Assembly: GCA_963827475.1 (NCBI GenBank)
Contig: CAWHAZ010000005.1
Coordinates: 160,001-224,000, forward strand
DNA length: 64,000 nucleotides
Direction: 5' to 3'
Source of the DNA: an uncultured Chloroflexia bacterium
GTDB lineage: Bacteria > Chloroflexota > Limnocylindria > QHBO01
Numbering within the stretch: position 1 is the first letter of the stretch; the number at the start of each line of letters is the position of its first letter. Below are positions 1 through 9,932 of the stretch, in pieces. The translations under genes and the position numbers were made by a program. The notes below the pieces were generated by a model. The model was given only the letters and a program-made list of their open reading frames with translations, made no database searches and was not told the DNA's origin.

Positions 1-221
1 CCCCGATCACCCCGGTCATCGCCGGAGCCGGCGCGCTGGCCATGAAGCTGTCAGACCGGCTGTTCGAGGAGGGCGTGTTCGCGCAGGGGATCGGCTACCC
101 CACGGTGCCCGAAGCCCGGAGCCGGGTCCGAACCATCGTCACCGCGGAGCACACCGATGACGACCTCGACACCTGTCTCGCCGCGTTCGAGAAGGTCGGT
201 CGGGAGCTCGCCCTGATCTAG
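1..221 (+). CDS. Glycine C-acetyltransferase / 8-amino-7-oxononanoate synthase family PLP enzyme, 3' end only
   Basis: Frame 3 reads PITPVIAG...[37 protein letters not shown]...ELALI*, the typical Kbl/BioF C-terminus; stop TAG at 219-221. Confidence 0.85.
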   Translation, partial: PITPVIAGAGALAMKLSDRLFEEGVFAQGIGYPTVPEARSRVRTIVTAEHTDDDLDTCLAAFEKVGRELALI

Positions 222-234
222 CGGCTGGAAAGCA

Positions 235-262
235 TCAGGCCCCCGGTTGCCCGGGGGCCTGA
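235..262. terminator. Hairpin between convergent genes
   Basis: TCAGGCCCCCGG-ttgc-CCGGGGGCCTGA, perfect 12-bp stem. Confidence 0.7.
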
Positions 263-284
263 CTGCTGCGACGGGCGGAAAACG

Positions 285-3200
285 CTAGCGGCGCTGCCTC
301 ACCGATCGGACGTTGGCGTACGCCAGCGCACCGAGGGACGCGATCAGGATCGCGCCGAACAGCAGCACTGCAAGCGAGTTGGAGACTGGCGGCGGGCTCA
401 TCGCCGTGTTGGGGATCGACGTGGAGCCGAGTTCCTGTTCCTCGACGATCCGGATCGAGTCCTGGCCGTTGTCGGGCAGGGTCTCGGTCGAGTCGATCGT
501 CGCGATGTTCAGGATCTCCCCGGTCGGCGCGTTTGCGTTGACGCTGGTCACGAAGGTCACGAACCCACTTGTGGTGAGCGTGCCCAGGTTCCAGGTGATC
601 ACGCCGCTGAGGAACGTGCCGCCGTTGGACGCGCTGACGAAGGTCAAGCCCGCCGGGATCGGCTCGGTGATCACCGCGTTGGTGACCGGCCCGTTGGTCA
701 GGGTGTAGGTCAACGTCCAGGTGACCGTGTTGGGGTTGATGCTGATCACAACGCCCTGGGGATTCAGGGTCCTCGTGATGAGCTCGACATTGGCCGCCTT
801 GTCGACGACCAGCGTCGGGACACGGACGGTGACCGTGGAGTCGTCATCGCACTCGGCGGCCGGTGGCACCCCAACGGGGCACTGGCTGTTCGTGCTGGTG
901 ACCACGGCCACGTTGGTCAGCACGGCGCCGTGCTGGGCCGTTGCGCTCACTGCTGCCTGGTAGGTCAGCTCGTGCGTGCCATTCGCAAGGGTACCTAGGG
1001 TCCAGGTGATCGTCCGGGTGGTGCCGACCCACACGCCACCGTCGCTGATGCTGGTCGGGTCACCCAGACCCGCCGGCAGCGTGTCCACGACGACGACGCC
1101 CTCCGCTGGCCCGTCGGTGACGGTCACTTCAAGCGTGTACGTCACCAGCGTCCCGGGCAGGACCGGGTCGGGCTGGTTGTTGGTCTTTTCGATCTCGACC
1201 TCGGGGCACTTGACCGTGATCGAAGCCGTCGAATTGACCGGATCGTCGTTTGTCGCATCCGCGATAGCGGTGTTGTTGAGCACCGCGCAATCTTCGCGGT
1301 CGGTGGCGCCGAAGACGCTAACCCTCGCCGGGGAGTTCTCCATGGTGGTTACGCCCAGGTCGCCAAAGCTGCAGGTCAGCAGGTTCGACGGACTGATGCT
1401 GCAGTCGGGGCTCAGCTCGTTCCAGTCGATGTCGCCTGGAAGCTGATCTTCCAGCGTGACGCCCGTGGCGGTCCCAGGTCCGGTGTTCCAGACCACGATA
1501 TCGAAGGCCGCGGCCTCACCCGCGTCGATCGTGGCGGGGTCGGCCACCTTGGCGACGTTCAGGCCAGGGCACTGGACGTTCTGAGTTCCGCTGTCAGTGA
1601 CCGGCGGGTTGTTGTCGGCATCGGCCGTGGCATCGGGGTTGTTGACCGTGCCGCAGTCGGCGGCCGTGGTCGGACTGGTCACCGTGACGCTGAAGCTCGC
1701 GCCGGGCGCCAGGCTGGCGATGTCGCAGTGCAGGACGTTGCTGACGATCGTGCACTCGGCCTTGTCGGGGTTCTCGGCCCACTCAAAGCCGGGTGGCAGG
1801 GTGTCGTCGATGTCGACGTTGGTCGCCGTCCCGGTGCCGGGGGCATTGGAGTTCGAGACGGTGATCGTGAAGCTGATCGGGCTGCCCGCGTTGACCGTGC
1901 CGCCATCAGGCGTCTTGCTGATGGTCAGGCTCGGGCACTGGACGGTCTGGTTCCGCTGTCAGTGACCGTGGGGTTGTTGTCGGCATCGGCCGTGGCAGCG
2001 GGGTTGTTGACCGTGCCGCAGTCGGCGGCCGTGGTCGGACTGGTCACCGTGACGCTGAAGCTCGCGCCGGGCGCCAGGCTGGCGATGTCGCAGTGCAGGA
2101 CGTTGCTGACGATCGTGCACTCGGCCTTGTCGGGGTTCTCGGCCCACTCAAAGCCGGGTGGCAGGGTGTCGTCGATGTCGACGTTGGTCGCCGTCCCGGT
2201 GCCGGGGGCATTGGAGTTCGAGACGGTGATCGTGAAGCTGATCGGGCTGCCCGCGTTGACCGTGCCGCCATCAGGCGTCTTGCTGATGGTCAGGCTCGGG
2301 CACTGGACGGTCTGAGTTGCCGCTGTCAGTGACCGGGGGGTTGTTGTCGGCGTCGGCCGTGGCAGCGGGGTTGTTGACCGTGCCGCAGTCGGCGGCCGTG
2401 GTCGGACTGGTCACCGTGACGCTGAAGCTCGCGCCGGGCGCCAGGCTGGCGATGTCGCAGTGCAGGACGTTGCTGACGATCGTGCACTCGGCCTTGTCGG
2501 GGTTCTCGGCCCACTCAAAGCCGGGTGGCAGGGTGTCGTCGATGTCGACGTTGGTCGCCGTCCCGGTGCCGGGGGCATTGGAGTTCGAGACGGTGATCGT
2601 GAAGCTGATCGGGCTGCCCGCGTTGACCGTGCCGCCATCAGGCGTCTTGCTGATGGTCAGGCTCGGGCACTGGACGGTCTGAGTTGCCGCTGTTAGTGAT
2701 CGGGCGTTGTTGTCGGCATCGGCGGTGGCGCGGGGTTGTTGACCATGCCGCAGTCGGCGGCCGTGGTCGGACTGGTCACCGTGACGCTGAAGCTCGCGCC
2801 GGGCGCCAGGCTGGCGATGTCGCAGTGCAGGACGTTGCTGACGATCGTGCACTCGGCCTTGTCGGGGTTCTCGGCCCACTCAAAGCCGGGCGGCAGGGTG
2901 TCGTCGATGTCGACGTTGGTCGCCGTCCCGGTGCCGGGGGCATTGGAGTTCGAGACGGTGATCGTGAAGCTGATCGGGCTGCCCGCGTTGACCGTGCCGC
3001 CATCAGGCGTCTTGCTGATGGTCAGGCCCGGGCACTGGACGGTGATGACGGTTGGCGTCGACGCGGTCGATCCGCTCCCACCGTTCGTCGAGGTGAACGA
3101 CGCCGTGTTGCTGATCGACGGGCAGTCTCCGACATCGGTGACACCCTGGACCGTCACACTGAATCGAGCTCGCGGCCGCGATGGTGATCCCGGTGCAGGA

Positions 3201-4621
3201 AAGGTTGACCCCGCCGGTGATCGTGCATGCCGCCTGGTCGGGGTTCTCGACCCAGGTCAGGCCCGAGGGCAGGGTGTCAGTGATTGTCACTCCCGTCGCG
3301 ATACCCTGGCCGGCGTTCGACACGGTGATCGTGTACGTCGCCGTCCCTCCCGCGGAGATGACCGGCGTTGAGGTCGACTTCTGGATCGACAGGCCCGGGC
3401 AGAGGACGGTCGTGCTCGCCGAGGCCTGCATCGGGTCGAAGTTGTCCGCCTCAGCGGTCGCGGTGTTCGCGTACGCCTTGACACGAGGCGGCCGTCGTGG
3501 CGCTCTGGACGTGCACCGACGCGCTGGCGTCATCGGCCAGGGTGCCGAAGGCGCAGGTCAGCGTCTCGGCCGGTGGGGCTGCCGGTGATTCGAGCACAAT
3601 GGCTGCGTAGTCCGGGCGATCGGCCCAGTCGACGCCGGTGTCCGGACGGCAGCGGGTCGCTGAGCGTGACGTTGGTCGCCACCCCGGGCCCGTTGTTGGT
3701 GACCGTGATCGTGAAGCCGATATTCGATCCGGCACTCACCGTGGGCGGCATCGGCCGTCTTGGTGATGACCAGCAGCGGCGGCGAGCGGCGTGATCGCGT
3801 TGGACATGATCTGGTTGTCGCGATTGCCGGCCGACTCGCCGTCGATCCCGATCAGGCGGATGTGGTACGGACCGCCGCTGATGGCGGCCGCGCCCAGCAA
3901 GGGGCCCCAGCCTCGCGGGCCGAGGCCTGCAGCCAGATGGCCGCCGAACAGGAGCATGACCCGGCCATCGGCATCGGTCACGTTGAAGTTGATGGTGATG
4001 ACGCCGTAATCCGAGCCAGCCTCGGCCGGATCGATGGTGTGGGTGATGGCCGACGTCGCTGGTGATGTCTCCGCCGTACATGACGAACTGGCGGTCGGCC
4101 TGCGGCAGCTCATGGGCTGAGGTGGGCTGCGGGCCGCCCGGCGAGACGCTGTTCGGGTCAGAGGGGATGGGGAAGGTGCTGGCGGTCGGGTCGGTAGTCC
4201 GGGATACAGAGGCTCGTCCGGGTTCAGATCCTGGCACATGTCGGCGTTGACGTAGGTGTGGTTCCAGGTGGCCAGGTAGTCGTACGCGTGGGCCACGTTC
4301 CCGCTGGTCTTGCGGGCCATGTACGCGATCGTGATCGAGTGGGAAACCGGCCGTCGTCGAAGTCGACGATCGAGCCGCTGGGGGACGACCTCGTCCTCGG
4401 CGTAGTCGTTGTGGGTGGCATTCAGGATGCCACCGATCCAGCTGTCGCAGTCCAGCGTCGACCGGCTTGGGGTTGCCGATCTGACACTGCGAGTAGTCGA
4501 GGACGTTGGTCGCGGCGGAGGCGACGATGGGCAGGAACGGCCCTGCGATGACGTTGAAGATGAGTGCAAGGGCCACGGGCAGCACTTGGAAGCCACGGGT
4601 CCGCGCCTGGGATCGGTCCAT
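285..4621 (-). CDS. Large secreted surface protein/adhesin with about 9 DUF11 Ig-like repeats and a C-terminal membrane anchor (several apparent frameshifts)
   Basis: Signal peptide MDRSQARTRGFQVLPVALALIFNVIAGPFLPIVASA after a GAGGGG RBS; repeated 'LTISKT...ISFTITVSN...ATNVDIDDTLPPG' modules spread over ORFs 3736..4659, 3003..3533, 2693..3157, 2271..2879 and 285..1682; ends IPNTA-TM-RQRR. Confidence 0.8.
1567..3041. repeat. Four near-identical tandem ~366-bp (122-aa) DUF11 coding repeats
   Basis: Anchor GGGCACTGGACG recurs at 1567, 1933, 2298, 2665 and 3030 (periods 366/365/367/365); repeat interiors are almost identical. Confidence 0.95.
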
Positions 4622-4851
4622 CGATAGATGCCCCTCTGGGAAAGCGAAATGGAGCGCAACTATAGGGGTAGGCCCCGGACTTTGGTACCCCTCAGTTTTG
4701 GCGCTCCCCGGCACTCTGGTGGACTTGCGTGGGGTTACGTCCGCAGGAAGTGGTGCCGGCGGGCACCAGGGGTCCTGGTACCGATGGCCTACCAGGGGAT
4801 TTCCAGCTCGAACGTTCGGCGGCCAATCTGATCCGACGTCCACAACAGAGA

Positions 4852-4879
4852 ACGGGGTACGGATCGCTCCGTACCCCGT
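4852..4879 (-). terminator. Intrinsic terminator
   Basis: ACGGGGTACGGA-gcga-TCCGTACCCCGT followed by TCTCTGTT on the minus strand. Confidence 0.6.
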
Positions 4880-4936
4880 CCCTGCCAGGGGGGCTGGATG
4901 ATTGGCGGTCCGTGGGCGCCCCCCGCCCGGGACCGA

Positions 4937-4965
4937 TCAGGCCCCCGGTTGGTCCGGGGGCCTGA
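4937..4965 (-). terminator. Hairpin downstream of the second surface-protein gene
   Basis: TCAGGCCCCCGG-ttggt-CCGGGGGCCTGA; stem identical to the hairpin at 235..262. Confidence 0.7.
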
Positions 4966-4980
4966 CGTGTGCGCTGGGTC

Positions 4981-5954
4981 TTACCGGCGCTGCTTGGCGG
5001 CGCGGACGTTGGCGTAGGCCAGCGTGCCGAGCGATGCCACCAGGATGGCGCCGAAGATCAGGGTCGCGAGGGGGCCGCCGAAGCCGCGGCAGGCTCGTCG
5101 CGGTGTCGGGAATCGACCCGGCCGGTGTCCCGGTGCTGCCAGCTTGCGCTGCCCTCAGGCTGTGACTCAGGCACCGACTCAGGCACCGACTGGCACCGAC
5201 TCGCCGGTGGTGCACGGTGCGACGGTGATCTCGCCCGAGCCCAGACGTCGCCACTGAGCGTTCTCGATCGACCAGGCATACGTGCCCGGCTGCGACATCG
5301 GCGATCTCCGGTCTCGGTGTCGAAGTCAACCTCGTTGCCGTCGAGGAACAGGTTGAGCGAGGTCAGCAGGATGGTGGCCTGGACCCGGATCCGCGGGGTG
5401 TCCTGAGGCCCTGCGCACGGAACCGAGGCCAGGTTGACCTCGACGTCGGGCTCGATCAGGCAGATCAGGCAGATGGCTGATGCCATGGCTGACGTTCCTG
5501 GTTGTCCTCCGTGGTGACCAGACCGTTGTCGTGGTCGACGCCATCGCACCCGGGAAGCCGGTCTCGTAGTCGTAGATGTTGCTGCCCTCGTTGCCACCCT
5601 TGACGTTGGCGGCGACCACGAGCCATCCGCGATCGGCCTGGAAGGAGACGTACTGCCATTGGTGACGTTGAACGACGAATGCTCGAGGTCGACGTCTCCC
5701 GACGGGCTGTCGCCGCGATCTTGTCCTCGTCGTCGAAGCCGTCGATGAAGCCAATGCTCTGTGCACGAGGTCGGCGCAGGTCGAGGTTCGTCGATTGCCC
5801 GGCGGTGATGACGGCGTCACGAGTCGGGCCGGTGTGGCCGGCGAAGCGCTGGGGTGACGGCCACGAAGGTGGCCAGGATGAGTCCTGCGATGGCTGTCAG
5901 GGCGATGATGAGCCTGGTTGCAGAACGGGCGGGTGCCTGGGTGCTAACGGTCAA
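4981..5954 (-). CDS. Secreted surface protein with Pro/Ser/Glu linker and C-terminal sorting signal (multiple frameshifts)
   Basis: AAGGAG RBS and TTG start; signal peptide ...RLIIALTAIAGLILATFVAVTPA; fragments VVAANVKGGNEGSNIYDY, SVPESVPESQPEG, SIPDTA...LATLIFGAILVASLGTLAYANVRAAKQRR*. Confidence 0.7.
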
Positions 5955-6160
5955 TGCCGATCTCCTTGTGTTCCTCCCCTGGTACCGGCAGCGTCCGCTG
6001 ACGGCCCCCCTGAGGCGTTGTTGAGCCCGACACGATACACAGTCGGTCCTCGCCTGCATAGTACTTTGGGCGACAGCATTCGTGTCGTGTGGGGCGGTCT
6101 GGTGCGGTCGCAACGTCGTCCGTTGCCCAGCCGTCAACGGATCTGCGCGGCCCTCGGGTC

Positions 6161-6802
6161 CTAGGACGTTCGGCCGCGGGCCTCGAGCAGGACGACCTGC
6201 GATTCCTCGGGCAACGTGGAGCGGGTCAGGCTCGCCTTCGGCAGGCGGATCGGCTCGGTGGCCAGCTCGTGGAGGAACGTCTCCGGGCCCAGCAGATCCT
6301 TCGATCCGCCGTCGGTGGCGTAGTGCATGGGGATGACGACCTTCGGCTCGAGCTGGGACACGACCTCGGCCGCCTCCGCCGGGGAGATGGTGGTGTTGCC
6401 CCCGGCCGGCACCAGGAGCACGTCGATCGGCCCGATCTCGTGGAGCTGCTCATCGGTCAGCAGGTGGCCCAGGTCGCCGAGGTGGCAGACGTGGACCCCG
6501 TCCACCTCGAAGGCGAAGATCACGTTCTCCCCCCGCTCGCGGCCGCCCTCCCCGTCATGCCAGGTGCGGACGCCGGTCACCAGCAGGTCGGCGAACTCGT
6601 ACTCCCCGGGGCGGGTCAGGGTCATGCCCGCGCTGATCGAGCGGGTGTAGGCGTGGTCGGGGTGGTCGTGGGAGATGGTCAGCAGGTCGACATCGTGCTT
6701 GCCCGCCACGAACCCGGTTTTCGGGGGGCAGGGGTCGGTGATGACGGCGGCGTGGCGGCCCTTCAGCCGGAAGCAGGCACGCCCGTACCAGGTGATCTCC
6801 AC
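6161..6802 (-). CDS. MBL-fold metallo-hydrolase (Lactamase_B_3-like)
   Basis: ITWYGRACF, ISHDHPDH, CHLGDLGH and IPMHY motifs. Confidence 0.9.
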   Translation of the reverse strand: MEITWYGRACFRLKGRHAAVITDPCPPKTGFVAGKHDVDLLTISHDHPDHAYTRSISAGMTLTRPGEYEFADLLVTGVRTWHDGEGGRERGENVIFAFEVDGVHVCHLGDLGHLLTDEQLHEIGPIDVLLVPAGGNTTISPAEAAEVVSQLEPKVVIPMHYATDGGSKDLLGPETFLHELATEPIRLPKASLTRSTLPEESQVVLLEARGRTS

Positions 6803-6847
6803 GGGTGCCGGATGCTACCCCACAACAGCGCCGGAAAAACGCGCCGG

Positions 6848-6936
6848 GAAAGCACGAGCGCCGGTGCCCGCCCAATGACACCGGCGCCCGAAGGAGGGAG
6901 GGTGGAGGAGAAATCCAGAAGGATTTCTGACTCGCA
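6848..6936 (-). ncRNA. Candidate small RNA with C/U-rich anti-SD tract
   Basis: TTGTGG-16-TATTGT promoter (6969..6942), 5' hairpin AGAAATCC/GGATTTCT, tract CUCCUCCACCCUCCCUCCUUC, then 11-bp GC hairpin followed by GUGCUUU. Confidence 0.45.
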
Positions 6937-7034
6937 CGGTCACAATAGGTTCGCCACGTGAAGCCACAAGCCATCCCGATGTGAAGAAACCTGAACCTTT
7001 GCCGCCGAGCCGTTTGCCCCACAATGCCTGACCG

Positions 7035-8297
7035 ATGACGCCCCGCGTCCGGCGCCTGGTCGCCGTGGTCACCCTCATCCTGGCCCTGGCCGTGGTGGCG
7101 GTCCTCACCCTGCGTGCCTTCGGCGTGCCCCTCGCCCTCGGGCCCTCGAGCCCGACTCCGGAGCCGTCGCTCGGCCCGACGGCCGGCGAGAGCGTCGCTG
7201 CGTCCCCGTCCCTCGAAGAGGCCCTCGCCGCGCTCGAGGCGGACGCGGCGGACATCCGGGACCTGCCCCCGGCGGACATCGGTCCGGCCGAGTTCATCTC
7301 GCGCGACGAGCTCGAGCAGCGGCTGGCCGACGAATTCGCCGAGGAGTACACCGACGACGAGATCGCCGCCGACAACGCCCTGTACCACGCCCTGGGGCTG
7401 CTGGCGCCCGACCAGGACTTCGCCGCGCTCCAGCTCCAGCTGCTCTCCAGCCAGGTCATCGGCTACTACGACGACGCCAGCCAGACGATGGTCGTGGTGG
7501 CCGATGCCGGGCTCTCGCCGGAGACCAAGGTCGTGTACGTCCACGAGTACGTCCACGCCCTCCAGGACGCGGCGTTCGGGCTGGACTCACTGAACCTGGA
7601 CGCTGCCGGAGACGATGACGGCGCATTTGCCCGGGTCAGCCTCCGCGAGGGGGACGCGACCACGGCCATGGTGCTGTGGGCGTACCAGAACCTCTCCGCG
7701 CAGGAGATCCTCGGCATCAGCCAGACGCCGCTGCCCGACACCACCGGGGTGCCGGCGTGGATGGTCCGCCAGCTGGGGTTCCCGTACCTCGAGGGCACCG
7801 ACTTCTCCTCCCAGCTGTTCCAGCGTGGCGGGTTCGCCGGGGTCGACGAGGCGTGGGCGGACCCGCCGCTGTCCACCGAGCAGGTCATCCACTTCGAGGC
7901 GTACGTCGCGAACGAGGCCCCGCTCGAGGTCGCCGGCATCGAGGCACCGGCGCCCGGTATGGAGGTCCTCCGCGAGACCACGTTCGGCGAGGCCATGATC
8001 GGCATCTGGCTCGGCGCGCTGGGCGTGAGCCAGAGCGACGCCGACGTGGCGGCCGCCGGCTGGGGCGGTGACCGGATCACGGTCGTGGCGTCGACGAGCG
8101 GCGAGGACGTGGCCATCGTCCTGCGCTCGGCGTGGGACACGCCGCTCGACGCGACCGAGTTCGCGGAGGGATACGCCGACGCGCTCGACCGGCTGGACCT
8201 GTTCGGGAGCCTCGTGGAGCTCAGCGACACGGAGACGCTCGTCGTCCAGGGGACGAGCCAGGCACTGGTGGACGCGCTCGCCGGCTCGGCCGACTGA
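7035..8297 (+). CDS. Membrane-anchored/secreted neutral zinc metallopeptidase-like protein
   Basis: N-terminal hydrophobic helix; HEYVHALQD (HExxH) with downstream EGDA; FPYLEG and GWGGD motifs. Confidence 0.75.
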   Translation: MTPRVRRLVAVVTLILALAVVAVLTLRAFGVPLALGPSSPTPEPSLGPTAGESVAASPSLEEALAALEADAADIRDLPPADIGPAEFISRDELEQRLADEFAEEYTDDEIAADNALYHALGLLAPDQDFAALQLQLLSSQVIGYYDDASQTMVVVADAGLSPETKVVYVHEYVHALQDAAFGLDSLNLDAAGDDDGAFARVSLREGDATTAMVLWAYQNLSAQEILGISQTPLPDTTGVPAWMVRQLGFPYLEGTDFSSQLFQRGGFAGVDEAWADPPLSTEQVIHFEAYVANEAPLEVAGIEAPAPGMEVLRETTFGEAMIGIWLGALGVSQSDADVAAAGWGGDRITVVASTSGEDVAIVLRSAWDTPLDATEFAEGYADALDRLDLFGSLVELSDTETLVVQGTSQALVDALAGSAD

Positions 8298-8302
8298 CCG
8301 CC

Positions 8303-9928
8303 TTACATCGAGTCCGGGGCTGAGACCCCGATCAGGGCCAGGCTGTTGGCCAGCACCTGGCGGGTGGCGCGGACCAGGCCGAGCCGCGCGGTGGACAGCG
8401 GCGCGTCATCGGTCAGGACCCGGCAGTCGCGGTAGAACTGGCTGAACAGGCTGGCGACCTCCATCGTGTAGCGCGGCAGCTCGTGCGTCTCCCGGCGCTC
8501 GGCGGAGTCGGCGATGACCTCCGGCAGGCGCAGGAGGTGCCCGATGAGCGCCTGCTCCGCCGGATGGACGAGGAGCGCCGCCGCGTCTCCCGGCTCGGTC
8601 GGCAGGGCCTCCGCTCCCGGCTGGCGGAGGATGGACGAGCAGCGGGCGTGGGCGTACTGGACGTAGTAGACCGGGTTCTCGTTCGACTGCTGGCGGGCGA
8701 GGTCCATGTCGAACTCGAGCGTCTGGTTCGAGGATCGCAGGGTGAACAGGAAGCGGGTGGCGTCCGCCCCGACCTCGTCGACCAGCTCGTCGAGGGTGAC
8801 GTAGACCCCCTCCCGCTTGCTCATCCCCGCCCCACCGGCAATCGACACGTGCTGGTAGATGAGGATCTCCACCGCATCGGGGTCGTAGCCCAGGCCGGCG
8901 GCGGCGCCCTTCCAGCGCTTGATCGTGCCGTGGTGGTCCGGGCCGAGGATGTAGACCAGGTGGTTGAAGCCGCGGCCGAACTTGTCGAGCAGGTACGCGA
9001 TGTCGGCCGCGAAGTAGGTCGGCTCCCCGTTGGAGCGGAGCAGGACCCGGTCCTTGTCGTCGCCAAAGGTCGTCGAGCGGAACCAGGTCGCCCCCTCCGA
9101 CTCGTAGACGTGGCCGGCGGCTCGCAGCCGCTCGATGCCATCCGCCACCTCCCCCGCTTCGTGGAGCTCGCGCTCGGATCGGTAGACATCAATGTGCATC
9201 CGCAGTCGGGCGATCGTGCGCTTGATGTCGTCGTACACCCGGTTCCAGGCCCACTCGCCGATCGCCTCCAGCGGATTGACCGATGCGACGACGTCCTCCG
9301 GCACCTCCGCCGCCAGCTGACCGATGTACGCGCCGCGATAGCCCGCGTCGCCGGACTGCCCGGTACGGGCCAGGTAGACCGATTGCCCGAAGTCGCGGAC
9401 CTGGCTGCCGTAGTCGTTGACGTAGTACTCGCGACCGACCTCCGCCCCGGCCGCCTCCAGCAGGTTGGCCAGCGCGTCACCGATGAACCCGCCGCGGCCG
9501 TTGCCGATGTGCAGAGGCCCGGTCGGGTTGGCACTGATGAACTCGACGTTCACCCGCCGGCCGGCCTGCGCGGTCGAGCGGCCCCAATTCGGGCCCGCGG
9601 TCAGGATGACGGGCACCTGGTCCGCCACCCAGGTCGGGTCGAGGCGCCAGTTGATGAACCCCGGCGCCATGACCGTGGTCTCGCCCACCCCGGCGGGAAG
9701 CTCCAGGTGGCGGACCAGGACCTCGGCGATGGCCAGCGGGGAGGAGCGGGCCAGCGGCGCGAGCTGCATGGCGGCGTTGGTCGCGTAGTCGCCGTGCTCC
9801 GCGTGGGCGGGCCGCTCCAGGCTCGGCGTGGGCCGTGCCGCACCTTCGGGCAGGGCCAGCTCACCGGCCGCCGCGGCCTGATCCCGGGCGGCCTCGATCG
9901 CGGCACGCAGCTCGTCGCGCAGGGTCAC
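8303..9928 (-). CDS. argS: Arginine--tRNA ligase
   Basis: EFISANPTGPLHIGNGRG (HIGH-like), MSKREG, YYVQYAHAR; GTG start at 9928. Confidence 0.97.
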   Translation of the reverse strand: MTLRDELRAAIEAARDQAAAAGELALPEGAARPTPSLERPAHAEHGDYATNAAMQLAPLARSSPLAIAEVLVRHLELPAGVGETTVMAPGFINWRLDPTWVADQVPVILTAGPNWGRSTAQAGRRVNVEFISANPTGPLHIGNGRGGFIGDALANLLEAAGAEVGREYYVNDYGSQVRDFGQSVYLARTGQSGDAGYRGAYIGQLAAEVPEDVVASVNPLEAIGEWAWNRVYDDIKRTIARLRMHIDVYRSERELHEAGEVADGIERLRAAGHVYESEGATWFRSTTFGDDKDRVLLRSNGEPTYFAADIAYLLDKFGRGFNHLVYILGPDHHGTIKRWKGAAAGLGYDPDAVEILIYQHVSIAGGAGMSKREGVYVTLDELVDEVGADATRFLFTLRSSNQTLEFDMDLARQQSNENPVYYVQYAHARCSSILRQPGAEALPTEPGDAAALLVHPAEQALIGHLLRLPEVIADSAERRETHELPRYTMEVASLFSQFYRDCRVLTDDAPLSTARLGLVRATRQVLANSLALIGVSAPDSM

Positions 9929-9932
9929 GGCG

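Noticed and set aside
1567-3041. Possible DGR template/variable repeats or CRISPR-like array
   Set aside because: Units are 366-bp in-frame protein domains with no spacers, no adenine-specific variation and no reverse transcriptase or cas genes in the window
5955-6160. Possible c-di-GMP or c-di-AMP riboswitch upstream of the surface-protein gene
   Set aside because: Some hairpins, but no recognisable conserved aptamer core of either class
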